From Candidatus Omnitrophota bacterium (lineage in GTDB: Bacteria; Omnitrophota; Gorgyraeia; B26-G9), in assembly GCA_043814605.1 (NCBI GenBank), contig JBDRJV010000013.1:34471-98470 (forward strand): a stretch of 64,000 bases of DNA, read 5' to 3'. Under the pieces are notes generated by a model. That model saw only the letters and a list, made by a program, of their open reading frames with translations. It searched no databases and was not told the DNA's origin. The number at the start of each line of letters is the position of its first letter. Within the stretch, counting starts at the first letter, position 1. A program made the position numbers and the translations under genes. Shown in pieces: positions 10,450 to 20,742 of the stretch.

Positions 10450-10815
10450 TTATTCTGCTTCTGGATTAAATTTCTTTTCTAATTTGGTTAAAAGTTTTAC
10501 TATTTGCTTGTTAATTTTATACAATTGGGACAATCCTGATTCTGCCATAGCGTTATTGTTTTCGTTTTTATCGTGAATGATTTGTTTTACCTGCCAATGC
10601 ATTTGGCAATAAATCTTTTCAAGCTCATTTACCTGAGGTAGATGCGCATATTTTTTCATCCCTTCCTGGTATAACCATTTGCTCAAAATATATTTTTCAC
10701 AGGAAACTGCCTGTTCTTCGCTAATATATTCTCCCCCATCAAGAAAGCATCTTAATCTCACGCTCCAAACTACGTGTTCTGTTAATTGATTCATAAAATT
10801 AATTGTTTTAGCCAT
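10450..10815 (-). CDS. CZB (chemoreceptor zinc-binding)-like protein, possibly degenerate
   Basis: HVVW...LSKWLY...MH pattern; some canonical ligands appear substituted. Confidence 0.6.
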   Translation of the reverse strand: MAKTINFMNQLTEHVVWSVRLRCFLDGGEYISEEQAVSCEKYILSKWLYQEGMKKYAHLPQVNELEKIYCQMHWQVKQIIHDKNENNNAMAESGLSQLYKINKQIVKLLTKLEKKFNPEAE

Positions 10816-10848
10816 ATTCCGAAAAAACCCCTGATCAAGCTTAATAAA

Positions 10849-11208
10849 TTATAAGTCCAAGTTTCCCCACCATCCATCATAGAACCTTTTCAGGTACTCG
10901 TAAAATTCTTCATCCATTGTATTTCTCTTTACATCTTTTTCTTTAAACGAATATTTATAACCAGCGCAATAGCTCATCAGAACATCATTTGCCTGAGCTA
11001 TTTTTTTAAACATTTCCTCGCATTCTTTTTTCTTCTCACCTCTACATTTGTCAGGATGATATTTAATGGCAAGTGTTCGATACGCATCTTTTATTTTATT
11101 CAAAGTTGCATATTCATCTAAGTCCAATATTTTTCTCGATGCATCAATTTGCATAAAATTTGCCATTTTATTTCCTGATTTTATATTTGCATTGCAAAAT
11201 TGAATCAA
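10849..11208 (-). CDS. Small DnaJ-domain protein
   Basis: AYRTLAIKYHPD; likely start MANF at 11166. Confidence 0.88.
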   Translation of the reverse strand: MIQFCNANIKSGNKMANFMQIDASRKILDLDEYATLNKIKDAYRTLAIKYHPDKCRGEKKKECEEMFKKIAQANDVLMSYCAGYKYSFKEKDVKRNTMDEEFYEYLKRFYDGWWGNLDL

Positions 11209-11213
11209 TTATT

Positions 11214-12116
11214 TTAATTGTGTTTTCTACTTTTACTATGGTGATATAATAAAACAATATCTCCAATGTTTGAATTAACCTTTTTTGCAATCACCGCACA
11301 TTTAGCTATAAACATAAAAAATACCGGCCTTTTACTGTTTGACAATGCTTCAAAATTCCCCTGCCCCTTACTAATTATCATATCAGCATTATTATAAATT
11401 TTTAAAAACTTTTTTGAACACAATCTAAGGACAGTTCCCGGAGCATCACTGCCGCTGGAAATAACCTCAGCAGTTTTATCAATCCCGCAAACAAGTGCAT
11501 CTTTTATTAAAGCATCATTAATCACTGGTTTTTCTTTTACCGCATATATAATTTCTTTAGTCTCATCCCCTCTCTTTATTTCTTCAATCAAAACACGGTC
11601 AAATACTGTTTCTCCTGCATTATCCGCTAAATAGAGAATAGTTTTTGCACGCTGTAACTGATAAGCAAATTTTCTAAAGCCAAAAATATTCTTGTTCTCT
11701 TTTTTAATAATTTGCTCTTCCTCATAAAGCAATTTATCCAGCTCTTTATCTACTTCTAAATGATTTTTTGCGCCATAGTCTATAATATTACCGATTATAG
11801 CTATCTCAACAGCAGTTAATAGTTTGATTTTCGAACATGCCACCTTTTTTTTTAATTTATCATAAATACGCAGCCCCACATCATTGCTCTTTTGTTTTAT
11901 CTGCGCGTACAAATCTGGGGTTCTAGTATTTTTTTTTAAAATTTTATTAACCATGCGGGCTACTTCCGGAGGAGAAACAGATAAAGACAATTTGGGTAAA
12001 GTCCCGGCTAGGGCATCAATAACTTTTTTCTGTTTTTTTTCGTTAAGGCCTGCCATCCGAGCCATTTCAATCGCTTGTCTAAAAAAACAAGGAATACAAT
12101 CTAAATATATTTTCAT
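11214..12116 (-). CDS. DUF89/ARMT1-like damage-control phosphatase
   Basis: CIPC, GNIIDYG, DNAGE, INDA, KGQGNFE. Confidence 0.92.
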   Translation of the reverse strand: MKIYLDCIPCFFRQAIEMARMAGLNEKKQKKVIDALAGTLPKLSLSVSPPEVARMVNKILKKNTRTPDLYAQIKQKSNDVGLRIYDKLKKKVACSKIKLLTAVEIAIIGNIIDYGAKNHLEVDKELDKLLYEEEQIIKKENKNIFGFRKFAYQLQRAKTILYLADNAGETVFDRVLIEEIKRGDETKEIIYAVKEKPVINDALIKDALVCGIDKTAEVISSGSDAPGTVLRLCSKKFLKIYNNADMIISKGQGNFEALSNSKRPVFFMFIAKCAVIAKKVNSNIGDIVLLYHHSKSRKHN

Positions 12117-12159
12117 TTTTATTTCTCATTATAAAAATTAACATCACTATATGAAAATC

Positions 12160-12768
12160 CTATTCTTTAAAAATTGAAAATAGCCTGCGAGGAATTCCTA
12201 TGGCCAAGCTATCCCTTCTAATATTCGCATACTTACGGGAATCATTACAGCCAAAAGAAATATTAATATCATTCTCTAAATAAGTATTGACAGCAATGCC
12301 TCCGCAAATCGACATCATTGAGGACAAAGAAAAATTTAATCTTTTTCCTGTAAGAATATTATATTTTTTTATCAATTCCATAACATCCTCAGGCGGCAAA
12401 TAAGATATGATCATGTCTGGGAAATCATCTGTGTTTAATCCAATACACTCCACGGATTTTTTTAATGCAGAAATTTGCCGAAACATATCTATAAAAACAA
12501 AATTTTTTGTTTTATGTTTGTTATTACATTTTTTTAAAATATTGTTTTTTAAAGTATTTCCCCATCCAAATACATGTTTTGCACCCAGGCAAGATATACT
12601 TTTTCGATTTAACAACACCGGCTCAAACAATGCTTTATGCGTAGCCTCGCAAAATTTAATATTTTTCAATGGTTTAATTCCATTAAGCTTAGGATTTTTC
12701 TTATAGAATTTAACTTTAATCCAATGATTTCTAAGTCTATCTAAAATATTTTGATTAATTTTTACCAT
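12160..12768 (-). CDS. DUF169 family protein
   Basis: FCEA, SCLGA, SICG, SFGCNDSR cysteine pattern. Confidence 0.75.
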   Translation of the reverse strand: MVKINQNILDRLRNHWIKVKFYKKNPKLNGIKPLKNIKFCEATHKALFEPVLLNRKSISCLGAKHVFGWGNTLKNNILKKCNNKHKTKNFVFIDMFRQISALKKSVECIGLNTDDFPDMIISYLPPEDVMELIKKYNILTGKRLNFSLSSMMSICGGIAVNTYLENDINISFGCNDSRKYANIRRDSLAIGIPRRLFSIFKE

Positions 12769-12783
12769 TATGCTATCCTTCCC

Positions 12784-13665
12784 TTAAGTGTTTATTTCTT
12801 GTTTTAACCTTTCCCAAATATCAATAATTGCTTTTTTTACCGGAGAATTATCATATTCAATGATTGTTTTTCCTTCTACCATTGCCTTAACTACTGATTT
12901 ATCAAAACAAATTTTTCCACTTAGTTTAATGTTATTTTCAAAACAAAATTTTTCAATTTTTTCAGACATATTAATATTTAGATCATATTTATTTATTATC
13001 AACCTTACTGGAACATTAAAGTGCTGTGTAACTTCAATCACACGCATTGCATCATGCAAACCAGAAAGAGTTGGTTCAGTTACTACTAAAGCAAGATCTA
13101 TACCGGATAAAGAAGCAATAACCGGACATCCAATACCTGGAGCTCCATCAATAATAACCCAATTATAATTATTTTCTTCTGCCAATTGCTTTGCTCTATT
13201 CCGTACTAAAGATACAAGCTTTCCTGAATTTTCCTCAGCAATACCCAGCTTCGCATGTACCATGGGACCAAAACGAGTATCCGAAATAAACCAATGCCCG
13301 GAAAGGTTTTCTTGCATAATAATCGCTTTTTTAGGACAGATAAAACTGCAAAACCCGCATCCTTCACAATCAATAGGATCAATCATAAAACTCTTTTCTA
13401 TAGATGCATTATTTTTTACAGCAAAAAAACGACAAACATTAAAACAATTTCCACAATTATTGCATAGGCTTGGGTTAATTCGCGCTGTTTTGCCGCTTCT
13501 AAATTCATACTTTTCTTTTATTTGTGGATGAAGTAAAAGATGCAGATCCGCAGCATCTACATCGCAATCTGCAAAACAAGCGTTTTTAGCTAAAGCTGCT
13601 AATGCTCCGGTAAGAATAGTTTTACCTGTTCCGCCTTTGCCACTAATAATAACTATTTGTTTCAT
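12784..13665 (-). CDS. MinD-superfamily P-loop ATPase with 4Fe-4S ferredoxin insert (COG1149)
   Basis: SGKGGTGKT, DCDVD, two CxxCxxC motifs, ENSGKLV, PGIGCP. Confidence 0.92.
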   Translation of the reverse strand: MKQIVIISGKGGTGKTILTGALAALAKNACFADCDVDAADLHLLLHPQIKEKYEFRSGKTARINPSLCNNCGNCFNVCRFFAVKNNASIEKSFMIDPIDCEGCGFCSFICPKKAIIMQENLSGHWFISDTRFGPMVHAKLGIAEENSGKLVSLVRNRAKQLAEENNYNWVIIDGAPGIGCPVIASLSGIDLALVVTEPTLSGLHDAMRVIEVTQHFNVPVRLIINKYDLNINMSEKIEKFCFENNIKLSGKICFDKSVVKAMVEGKTIIEYDNSPVKKAIIDIWERLKQEINT

Positions 13666-14514
13666 TTACTTAGTTCTCAAAATTTTTTGAAACATTGTTA
13701 AAAAACTATTTTTATATTCTGGAAATTTTTCTACTATGGAAATGCCCTGAGAATAGCTTTGAGCAATTTCTTTTTTAAAAGGAATCTGCATCAATACTGG
13801 AATTTTTTCTTTTTCGCAGTATGTTTCTGTTGCCTTATCCCCTAGGTCAGAACGATTGATTAAAACCCCAAATGGTATTTTTAATTTTCTTACAACTTCA
13901 ACTGCTAAAATTAAATCGTTTAAGCCAAAAGGAGTAGGTTCGGTTACCAGTAAACAAAAATCACTCCTTCTTAAAGAAGAAACTACCGGGCATGATGTTC
14001 CCGGGGGGACATCAATAATCACTGTTTTCTCTGGATTAATATATTTTTTAACTTGACGGATTAAAGGCGGAGCCATTGCTTCGCCTACATTAAGTTTTCC
14101 GTGGATAAATTCTATGCCCCGACAAACACCTTTTTCTACAATACCAATTTCCTTATTGACTTCGGTGATTGCTTTTTGAGGGCAAAAAAAACTGCAGGCT
14201 CCGCAACCATGACAGAGATTTGTAAAAACCAGAATACTTCCTTTTCTGTTTTCCTTAGCTGGTAACACAGCGAATGCATTATACGCACATACTTGGCGGC
14301 ACCTGCCGCAGTAAATACATTTTTTTTCATCAATTAGCGGCACTGGAATATATGCTTTTTCCTGCTCTTTTATTTCCGGATTTAAAAAGATATGTGCGTT
14401 AGGCTCTTCTACATCACAATCAAGAAATTGCACATTTTGTATCGACAAAGCTAAATTCACTGCAACTGTAGTTTTTCCGGTTCCGCCTTTGCCACTGGCA
14501 ACAGAAATAATCAT
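13666..14514 (-). CDS. MinD-superfamily P-loop ATPase with 4Fe-4S ferredoxin insert (COG1149)
   Basis: SGKGGTGKT, DCDVEEPN, two CxxCxxC motifs, PPGTSCP. Confidence 0.92.
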   Translation of the reverse strand: MIISVASGKGGTGKTTVAVNLALSIQNVQFLDCDVEEPNAHIFLNPEIKEQEKAYIPVPLIDEKKCIYCGRCRQVCAYNAFAVLPAKENRKGSILVFTNLCHGCGACSFFCPQKAITEVNKEIGIVEKGVCRGIEFIHGKLNVGEAMAPPLIRQVKKYINPEKTVIIDVPPGTSCPVVSSLRRSDFCLLVTEPTPFGLNDLILAVEVVRKLKIPFGVLINRSDLGDKATETYCEKEKIPVLMQIPFKKEIAQSYSQGISIVEKFPEYKNSFLTMFQKILRTK

Positions 14515-14525
14515 TTAAATTCCTT

Positions 14526-15131
14526 TTAATGTTTATCCGAAATTATTAAATCCTGATTTTCACCTTTAATTTCTCTTACCCAAAAACCCCTGCGCATTAA
14601 ATAATCCCTTAAATCTTTTAATGTAACAAAACTCTTATTATGATTGCGTCCTTCGGCTTTATGTATCTGGTCTAAAATACTAAATCCATTTTTATTAAAG
14701 TCACTTAAAATAATTTTCCCCCCAGGCAAAACTAAACGTATCATTTCCGCAATTGCTTTGTAAGGATTACTTAAATGGTGAATTGTATTGACCGAAAAAA
14801 TCACATCAAAACTTGAATCATTAAAACCTAAGTTTTCTGCATTAGCAATTTTAAAATTTACTTTTTCTTTAACTTTGAAATATTCTAGATTTAATTTGGC
14901 TAATGCCTGGTCCTCTTTAGATATATCTACACTTGTAAAACTATAGCCCTGTTTTGCTAATGCTAAAGTAAAGTGCCCTTTTCCTGTGCCTATTTCTAAA
15001 ATATTTCCCTTGATCGGTAATGAATTATTTAAAATAAATTCTTTTTCTTTATTTCGGTCTATACCGAATTTTTTAAAAACCTCAATTCTTTCTAAAAATA
15101 TTTGATGATTTTCCAAGACTTTTTTTCGCAT
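14526..15131 (-). CDS. Class I SAM-dependent methyltransferase
   Basis: LEIGTGKG, FDVIFS, HHL..P. Confidence 0.88.
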   Translation of the reverse strand: MRKKVLENHQIFLERIEVFKKFGIDRNKEKEFILNNSLPIKGNILEIGTGKGHFTLALAKQGYSFTSVDISKEDQALAKLNLEYFKVKEKVNFKIANAENLGFNDSSFDVIFSVNTIHHLSNPYKAIAEMIRLVLPGGKIILSDFNKNGFSILDQIHKAEGRNHNKSFVTLKDLRDYLMRRGFWVREIKGENQDLIISDKH

Positions 15132-15135
15132 ATTA

Positions 15136-15357
15136 TTAGCCTCTACTCATGGGGATATTACACTTAGGACAATTCATATGCGTACAGGGCAATCCCGATT
15201 GATGTCCAATTTTCATTCCGCAATTAGCACAAACACAAAATCCTCCCGGGCCTCTACCCTGAATTCCCTTCCTTACAAATCTTCCTTGGCCTGCGCCTAA
15301 ACCTCTTCCTGTTCCAGGGCCTTGTCCCTGAGGGCCTGTTCCATCTCCTCTTGGCAT
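15136..15357 (-). CDS. DUF5320-like Gly-rich protein with C-terminal Cys cluster
   Basis: MPRGDGTGP start after GAGGAGG RBS; CVCANCG...PC..CPKC. Confidence 0.7.
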   Translation of the reverse strand: MPRGDGTGPQGQGPGTGRGLGAGQGRFVRKGIQGRGPGGFCVCANCGMKIGHQSGLPCTHMNCPKCNIPMSRG

Positions 15358-15377
15358 ATTGCACCTCCTCAATTATA

Positions 15378-15743
15378 TTAACTCATGCCAAAATGAGACG
15401 TTACGTTAGGTTTATCAATTGTTTTAAACTTATTATTTTTATATTGTTCAATAATTTCTTTTATTTTTCCCGAAGCTCCAGTAATAACTCTTATCCCTCC
15501 AGCTTTTAAAGTGTTAAAAGCATTTGGGCCTACATTCCCGGTAATTACAATTTCTGCTAACTTTTCTGATATTAATTGTCCGGATTGGATTCCTGCCCCG
15601 CCCGAACTATCAATATTAGGATTTTTTATTGCTTCAAATTCCAGAGTATCAGGATTAACAATTATAAAATACTGGCAACGACCAAAATGAGGATCAACCT
15701 GTGATTCTAAATTATCTCCTTGAGACGTAATACATATTTTCAT
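15378..15743 (-). CDS. NifB/NifX family FeMo-cofactor-binding protein
   Basis: HFGRCQYF, GGAGI, TGNVGPNA. Confidence 0.9.
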   Translation of the reverse strand: MKICITSQGDNLESQVDPHFGRCQYFIIVNPDTLEFEAIKNPNIDSSGGAGIQSGQLISEKLAEIVITGNVGPNAFNTLKAGGIRVITGASGKIKEIIEQYKNNKFKTIDKPNVTSHFGMS

Positions 15744-15754
15744 TTATTTTCCTC

Positions 15755-16156
15755 CTATTCATGTTCACAATCATCTTCGTGGGGATGATCACAAGCTGTT
15801 TTTTCTACTCCATAACCTTTTCCTGCTCCGGGACTACAAAGGCTTTCTCCTCCTTCAAGCTTTCCATTAATAAAAGCCTCAATCACATTATCAACTTTAC
15901 CGCTAATTCCCATTATGGTTTGGATATTAACTTCGGAAAATAATTCTCTTGCTCTCATTCCCATCCCCCCGGCTACTATTGCCTGCACACCTTTCTCATG
16001 CAAAAAACGCGGTAAAAATCCCGGATGATGTCCCGGATTATTTAAAATTTCTGAGCTTATTATTTTATTCTGCTCTATCTCTACAATTGTAAAAGCTGGA
16101 CAGCGACCAAAATGAGCAGATACTAAATCTCCATCTGTAGAAATTGCAATTTTCAA
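15755..16156 (-). CDS. NifB/NifX family protein with His/Cys tail
   Basis: SAHFGRCPAF, NPGHHPG, AGGMG; TTG start after AGGAGG. Confidence 0.9.
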   Translation of the reverse strand: MKIAISTDGDLVSAHFGRCPAFTIVEIEQNKIISSEILNNPGHHPGFLPRFLHEKGVQAIVAGGMGMRARELFSEVNIQTIMGISGKVDNVIEAFINGKLEGGESLCSPGAGKGYGVEKTACDHPHEDDCEHE

Positions 16157-16246
16157 AATTAACCTCCTTTAATGATCTCGCCTTGGCGGGAGAATTAAAC
16201 CCCGAATCGAACTTGTTCTGGTTCGGGGTTAATCCAAATCTCTTCA

Positions 16247-16591
16247 CTATTTAGTTTCTTCCTCTTCTTTTACTGCATTAAGTTCTTTTATCCGCTGATT
16301 TATAGCTTGTATTTCATCTTGCATAAATTTTACCTGTTCTTTTAAAAATTCAGTTTCGGTTCTAGGTGTAATCCCAAAATCATTTACTCCATAAGCATAT
16401 GAAGCCATTCTCCGCCAGCCAAATCCCTGTCCTCTACCATATCCTCTACCAAACCCCCGTCCATAACCAAAACTACCACGTCCAGGCGCTGAATTCATAT
16501 AGCCTGATACAGGATAACCAGCACAATAACCTCTTCCGCCACCTGTAAATGGACCTTGCCCTCTTGGCCCAGTTCCGTCAAAACCTGGCAT
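16247..16591 (-). CDS. DUF5320 family protein
   Basis: MPGFDGTGPRGQGPFTGGGRGYC, GRG repeats, C-terminal coiled coil. Confidence 0.88.
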   Translation of the reverse strand: MPGFDGTGPRGQGPFTGGGRGYCAGYPVSGYMNSAPGRGSFGYGRGFGRGYGRGQGFGWRRMASYAYGVNDFGITPRTETEFLKEQVKFMQDEIQAINQRIKELNAVKEEEETK

Positions 16592-16714
16592 ATCAATCAC
16601 CTCCTAAATGAGTCCCGCCGTATTCTTGCAGAATGCAAGAGTCGGGACGAATTTAGTCTTGCCAATGCACACTCCCTTGAATGGACTTGGCAGACAAATA
16701 TTTTAAATCTTTTT

Positions 16715-16741
16715 TATTAATGAAAACCATTTTCATTAATA
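16715..16741. promoter_or_regulatory. Fur-box-like operator
   Basis: 12-3-12 inverted repeat TATTAATGAAAA-CCA-TTTTCATTAATA; related site TGAAAACTATTCCCA at 17243-17257 upstream of the fur gene. Confidence 0.65.
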
Positions 16742-16753
16742 GGTTAAAAAAAT

Positions 16754-17227
16754 TTAGCTTTTTTTTCTGCATTTATCACATATTCCATAAAATTGAATTA
16801 TGTGACTTGTGATTTCAAAGTTGTATTTATTAGACAATCCCTTCTCAGTTTTTTTCAGTAATTCTATTTCGTCATTTATAAAATCAGTATACTCAATTAT
16901 ACGATTACATTCTTTACATACCAGATGATGGTGATGATGACTTTTCTTTGATCCCTCAACAAGTTCATACCTTGATCTTCCGTCTCCAAAATCAAACTTA
17001 AAAACAAGACTCATGTTAACCAGTATTTCTAGTGTCCTATAAACAGTTGTCAGTCCAACCGCCGGGTAAATTGGATGAATTTTATTATAAATATCTTCTG
17101 CGCTGAGATGTTTATCTGCGATCATTAACGCATCTAAGATAGCCTCTCTGCCTGCTGTAATTCGATAACCGCAGCCTCTGAATCTCCCATGCCACCACAT
17201 TGGGCCTGTTCCATCTCGTCTTGGCAT
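16754..17227 (-). CDS. fur: Fur-family transcriptional regulator
   Basis: HLSAEDIY, TTVYRTL, HHHHLVCKEC, GICDKC. Confidence 0.93.
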   Translation of the reverse strand: MPRRDGTGPMWWHGRFRGCGYRITAGREAILDALMIADKHLSAEDIYNKIHPIYPAVGLTTVYRTLEILVNMSLVFKFDFGDGRSRYELVEGSKKSHHHHHLVCKECNRIIEYTDFINDEIELLKKTEKGLSNKYNFEITSHIIQFYGICDKCRKKS

Positions 17228-17393
17228 ATCAAAACTCCTTATTGAAAACTATTCCCATTTATAAATATACCTTATCTTAAAAACTTTGTCAAGTTTTTTT
17301 ACTTATTTTAGTGATATTAGAGGTTAAAAATTATGGATTGTTATAACTTTAAGATATTACTCTTCGCCATCTTAAGTGATATAAAGCGTAATA

Positions 17394-19229
17394 TTATTTT
17401 GATTGCGCACTACGGATAATCCGCTTACGATTTATTTCTGTTAAATGCCATTTCCGAAGCCTGATATGCTTAGGAGTTATCTCCACTAATTCATCATCCT
17501 CGATAAACTCAAGCGCAAACTCCAGGGTCATTTGCCGCGGAGGGATAAGTACAATCGCCTCATCACTTCCGGATGCGCGCATATTCGTTAATTTTTTCCC
17601 CCGTAAAGCATTTACAACCAGATCTGTCCCTTTGTTGTTCACGCCAATGATCATACCCTCATATAATTTTTCTCCTGGTTTAACAAAAATCTCACCCCGT
17701 GCCTGTAAATTATAAAGCGCATAGGCCACTGTATCTCCGCTTCCCTGGGAAATAAGTACGCCGTTTTGCCGTGTCGGCAGAATTCCTTTATAAGTTTGGT
17801 ATTCAAGAAAATTCTGGTACATAATACCACTGCCTCGGGTCATCATCAAGAATTCGCTGCGAAAACCAATTAATGCCCTTGAAGCAATCACAAATTCCAT
17901 GCGAATAGTACCTAAAGATGTTTCTTTTATAACGCGCATTTGAGCCTTGCGAACTCCCAGCGCTTCCATAACAACACCCTGGTACTCATTTTCCACCTCG
18001 ATAATCACCTCTTCAACAGGTTCAAGTGTTTGCTCTCCCATTTTCTTTAAAATAACCTGCGGCCTGGATACTTCCATCTCATACCCTTCACGCCGCATTG
18101 TTTCAATAAGAATAGCCAGATGCAGTTCTCCGCGGCCGGAAACTTTTAACCGCTCAGTTCCTTCAACTGCCTCAACTTTAATACCCACATTGATCATTGC
18201 CTCATGCTCAAGGCGCTCCCGCAAATGTCGTGAAGTTAAAAATCTGCCTCCATCCTTACCGGAAAGAGGGCTTGTATTATGAGAAAAATTCATCGAAATC
18301 GTCGGCTCATCTATTTTAATCGCTGGCAATCCTTTTGGCTCATCAACACATGCAAGTGTCTCACCCACCTCTACGTCTTCTATCCCGGATATTAATATAA
18401 TATCTCCGGCGATTGCTTCATTAACTTCAACTCGGACTAGGCCGCGATACTTCATAATCTTAGTTGCCTTACCTCTGACAATCGTTCCATCCCGTTTAAC
18501 AAGCGCTACAGGATCTCCCACATGCACAGTTCCGTGGAAAACTCTGCCTATCGCAATTCGCCCCACATAAGAATCATAATCAAGCATTGTCACCAGCATT
18601 TGAAAAGGTAAATCAGGGTTAGCTATCGGCGGCAATACTCTATGTAAAATAGTTTCTAAAAGCGGTTTCATTGATTCTTTGGGTTCATCAAGATCAAGAG
18701 TTGCATATCCATCTTTTCCTGATGCATAAACAATCGGAAAATCGAGCTGTTCGTCAGTTGCATTCAGATCACAGAAAAGATCAAATGTCATATCCGCCAC
18801 TTCATCCGGCCGGGAATGGGTACGATCAAGCTTATTGATTACAAGTATGGGTTTTAAATGTAATTCCAGTGACTTTTTCAAAACAAATTTAGTCTGCGGC
18901 ATGGGCCCTTCAAAAGCATCAACAAGCAGAAGCACTCCATCAACCATCTTCAAGATTCGTTCAACCTCACTGCCAAAATCAGCATGACCCGGCGTATCAA
19001 CAATATTGAACTGTACTCCTTTATATTGCAAAGAAGCGTTTTTAGACAGAATAGTTATCCCGCGTTCTTTTTCCAAAGGATTTGAGTCCATTATCGCAGT
19101 TTCGCCTTTTTTAAAATCATAAGCGCCGGTATATTTAAGCAAGGCATCGACAAGCGTAGTTTTCCCATGGTCAACATGCGCGATAATTGCAATGTTCCTT
19201 ACATCTTTTCTTCTTTTTTGATTTAGCAT
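17394..19229 (-). CDS. typA: Translational GTPase TypA/BipA
   Basis: RNIAIIAHVDHGKTT, ERGITILSKN, GRGELHL, KKLTNMRASGSD. Confidence 0.98.
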   Translation of the reverse strand: MLNQKRRKDVRNIAIIAHVDHGKTTLVDALLKYTGAYDFKKGETAIMDSNPLEKERGITILSKNASLQYKGVQFNIVDTPGHADFGSEVERILKMVDGVLLLVDAFEGPMPQTKFVLKKSLELHLKPILVINKLDRTHSRPDEVADMTFDLFCDLNATDEQLDFPIVYASGKDGYATLDLDEPKESMKPLLETILHRVLPPIANPDLPFQMLVTMLDYDSYVGRIAIGRVFHGTVHVGDPVALVKRDGTIVRGKATKIMKYRGLVRVEVNEAIAGDIILISGIEDVEVGETLACVDEPKGLPAIKIDEPTISMNFSHNTSPLSGKDGGRFLTSRHLRERLEHEAMINVGIKVEAVEGTERLKVSGRGELHLAILIETMRREGYEMEVSRPQVILKKMGEQTLEPVEEVIIEVENEYQGVVMEALGVRKAQMRVIKETSLGTIRMEFVIASRALIGFRSEFLMMTRGSGIMYQNFLEYQTYKGILPTRQNGVLISQGSGDTVAYALYNLQARGEIFVKPGEKLYEGMIIGVNNKGTDLVVNALRGKKLTNMRASGSDEAIVLIPPRQMTLEFALEFIEDDELVEITPKHIRLRKWHLTEINRKRIIRSAQSK

Positions 19230-19321
19230 ATTTTTTCTATTTTTCTTTTTTTTACAGTAAATTAATTGATTTTACTTATAGTAATGTCAAGCAAAGAATA
19301 GTATCGTAAACAGTATTGAAA

Positions 19322-19379
19322 GGTGAATGTTTTTTCAAAATCATCTGGCTTTAATATTTTTATCATGTTTTCATTATGC
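19322..19379 (-). pseudogene. Remnant copy of the 5' end of the GGDEF gene at 6680-7438
   Basis: GGTGAATGTTTT..TTCAAAATCATCTGGCTTTAATATTTT aligns with 7395-7453, with a 2-bp deletion and a few substitutions. Confidence 0.7.
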
Positions 19380-19570
19380 TGCTTTTTTTATTTTAAAATA
19401 TTAGCCTTCTTATGCTCCGTGCACATCAGTGCCAGTATTTTTTACTGGCACTAAAGAGAGCAAAATGAGCAACCGCTATCCCTGATAAAAAAGAGCACGC
19501 TGAATCATTTTTCCTTAATCATTTTTCTTAAGAATTTAAAACATTCTGTTCCTTCTGTCTCAACGTTAAC

Positions 19571-20143
19571 TTAAAATTTCATACCGTCTATTTCCGCAAG
19601 CATATTTTCCCGGGCTTCTGGGGAAATTGCCGGCACTGCGTAGAAAAATCTATGCAGGATAACTTTCATCGCGCAAAACTCATATATACCGTTTTTAAAG
19701 ATATTTTCTAGCGCGTCTTTAAAACCGAATTTTAAATAATTCTCTTGTGTCCCGCCGGTGGTATTAATAATCACAACTTTTTTGTCCGATAAAAGCCCTT
19801 TGATGCCTTCCGGCCCAACCTCATAAGCAAACCCATAAGAAAAAACCCGGTCAATATATCCTTTAAGTACCGCCGGCATTCCGAACCACCAGATCGGATG
19901 AATCACAATCAACACCTCGGCTTCTTTGATATATTTTTGTTCGGTCTTGATGTCATCCGGAGTTTTTCCTCCCTGCATTACCTCAAAATCCGCACCGCCT
20001 AAGACCGGATTCCATTCTATTGCATACAATTCACGCACGCTATATTTCTTTTTTTCTTTTTTCAACTTTGCTTCAACGCGATCCTTGATTGCATGATTAA
20101 AACTCTGGGGATTAGGATGCGCATAAATAATTAAATATTTCAT
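19571..20143 (-). CDS. NAD(P)H-dependent quinone oxidoreductase (flavodoxin-2/MdaB-KefF family)
   Basis: IYAHPNPQSFN, PIWWFGMPAVLKGYIDRV. Confidence 0.93.
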   Translation of the reverse strand: MKYLIIYAHPNPQSFNHAIKDRVEAKLKKEKKKYSVRELYAIEWNPVLGGADFEVMQGGKTPDDIKTEQKYIKEAEVLIVIHPIWWFGMPAVLKGYIDRVFSYGFAYEVGPEGIKGLLSDKKVVIINTTGGTQENYLKFGFKDALENIFKNGIYEFCAMKVILHRFFYAVPAISPEARENMLAEIDGMKF

Positions 20144-20295
20144 AAGTCCCTCCTTTTTAAAAATAGTGTGCTTTATCTGCCTACCTTAAAACTCACTTAA
20201 AAACAACTGGAGAATAGATTTTAACTTCCTGGAGATTCTGTGGATTCCTCAGGACAACTGGCTATAAGTAGAATCGGTAAAATGTGCTATTAACT

Positions 20296-20742
20296 TTATT
20301 TATATATATCTAAAATTTGCACTCTCGTTGCTTCAAGCCGCTGAGTGATAACAGTAACAAACCTTTTTAATAAATGATATCCCAAGTCTGTATTTTTTTC
20401 ACATTTATCCCTGAGGCATTTTCCATCTAATGCAATCACGCGGGTATCTTCAAAGGCCCGCGCACTAAACCTATAGCGATGCGGAGGAACAAGCCACGAC
20501 CAGCCCAGGATATCTCCCTCACCAATAGTCTGGATTATAATTGAGGATGGCTTTGCGATATAAATTGCTACTTTACCATGCCGGATAAGATAAAAATTGT
20601 CTGCAGGCTCTCCCTCCTTAAGGATGATCTCTCCCTCTTTAAACCTAACATTAGAAGCACAACCTATTATAATATCAAGGTATTTTTTATCTAAATCTTT
20701 GAAAAAAGAATGCTCCTTCAAAATAGGTTCAAGTGTTTCCAT
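20296..20742 (-). CDS. Cyclic-nucleotide-binding domain protein
   Basis: EGEPADNFYLIRHGKV, GDILGWSWL; start METLE after AGGAGG. Confidence 0.9.
   Translation of the reverse strand: METLEPILKEHSFFKDLDKKYLDIIIGCASNVRFKEGEIILKEGEPADNFYLIRHGKVAIYIAKPSSIIIQTIGEGDILGWSWLVPPHRYRFSARAFEDTRVIALDGKCLRDKCEKNTDLGYHLLKRFVTVITQRLEATRVQILDIYK

Noticed and set aside
15378-16156. Nitrogen fixation inferred from NifX/NifU-like genes and amtB
   Set aside because: No nifHDK in the window; these families are common in non-diazotrophic anaerobes
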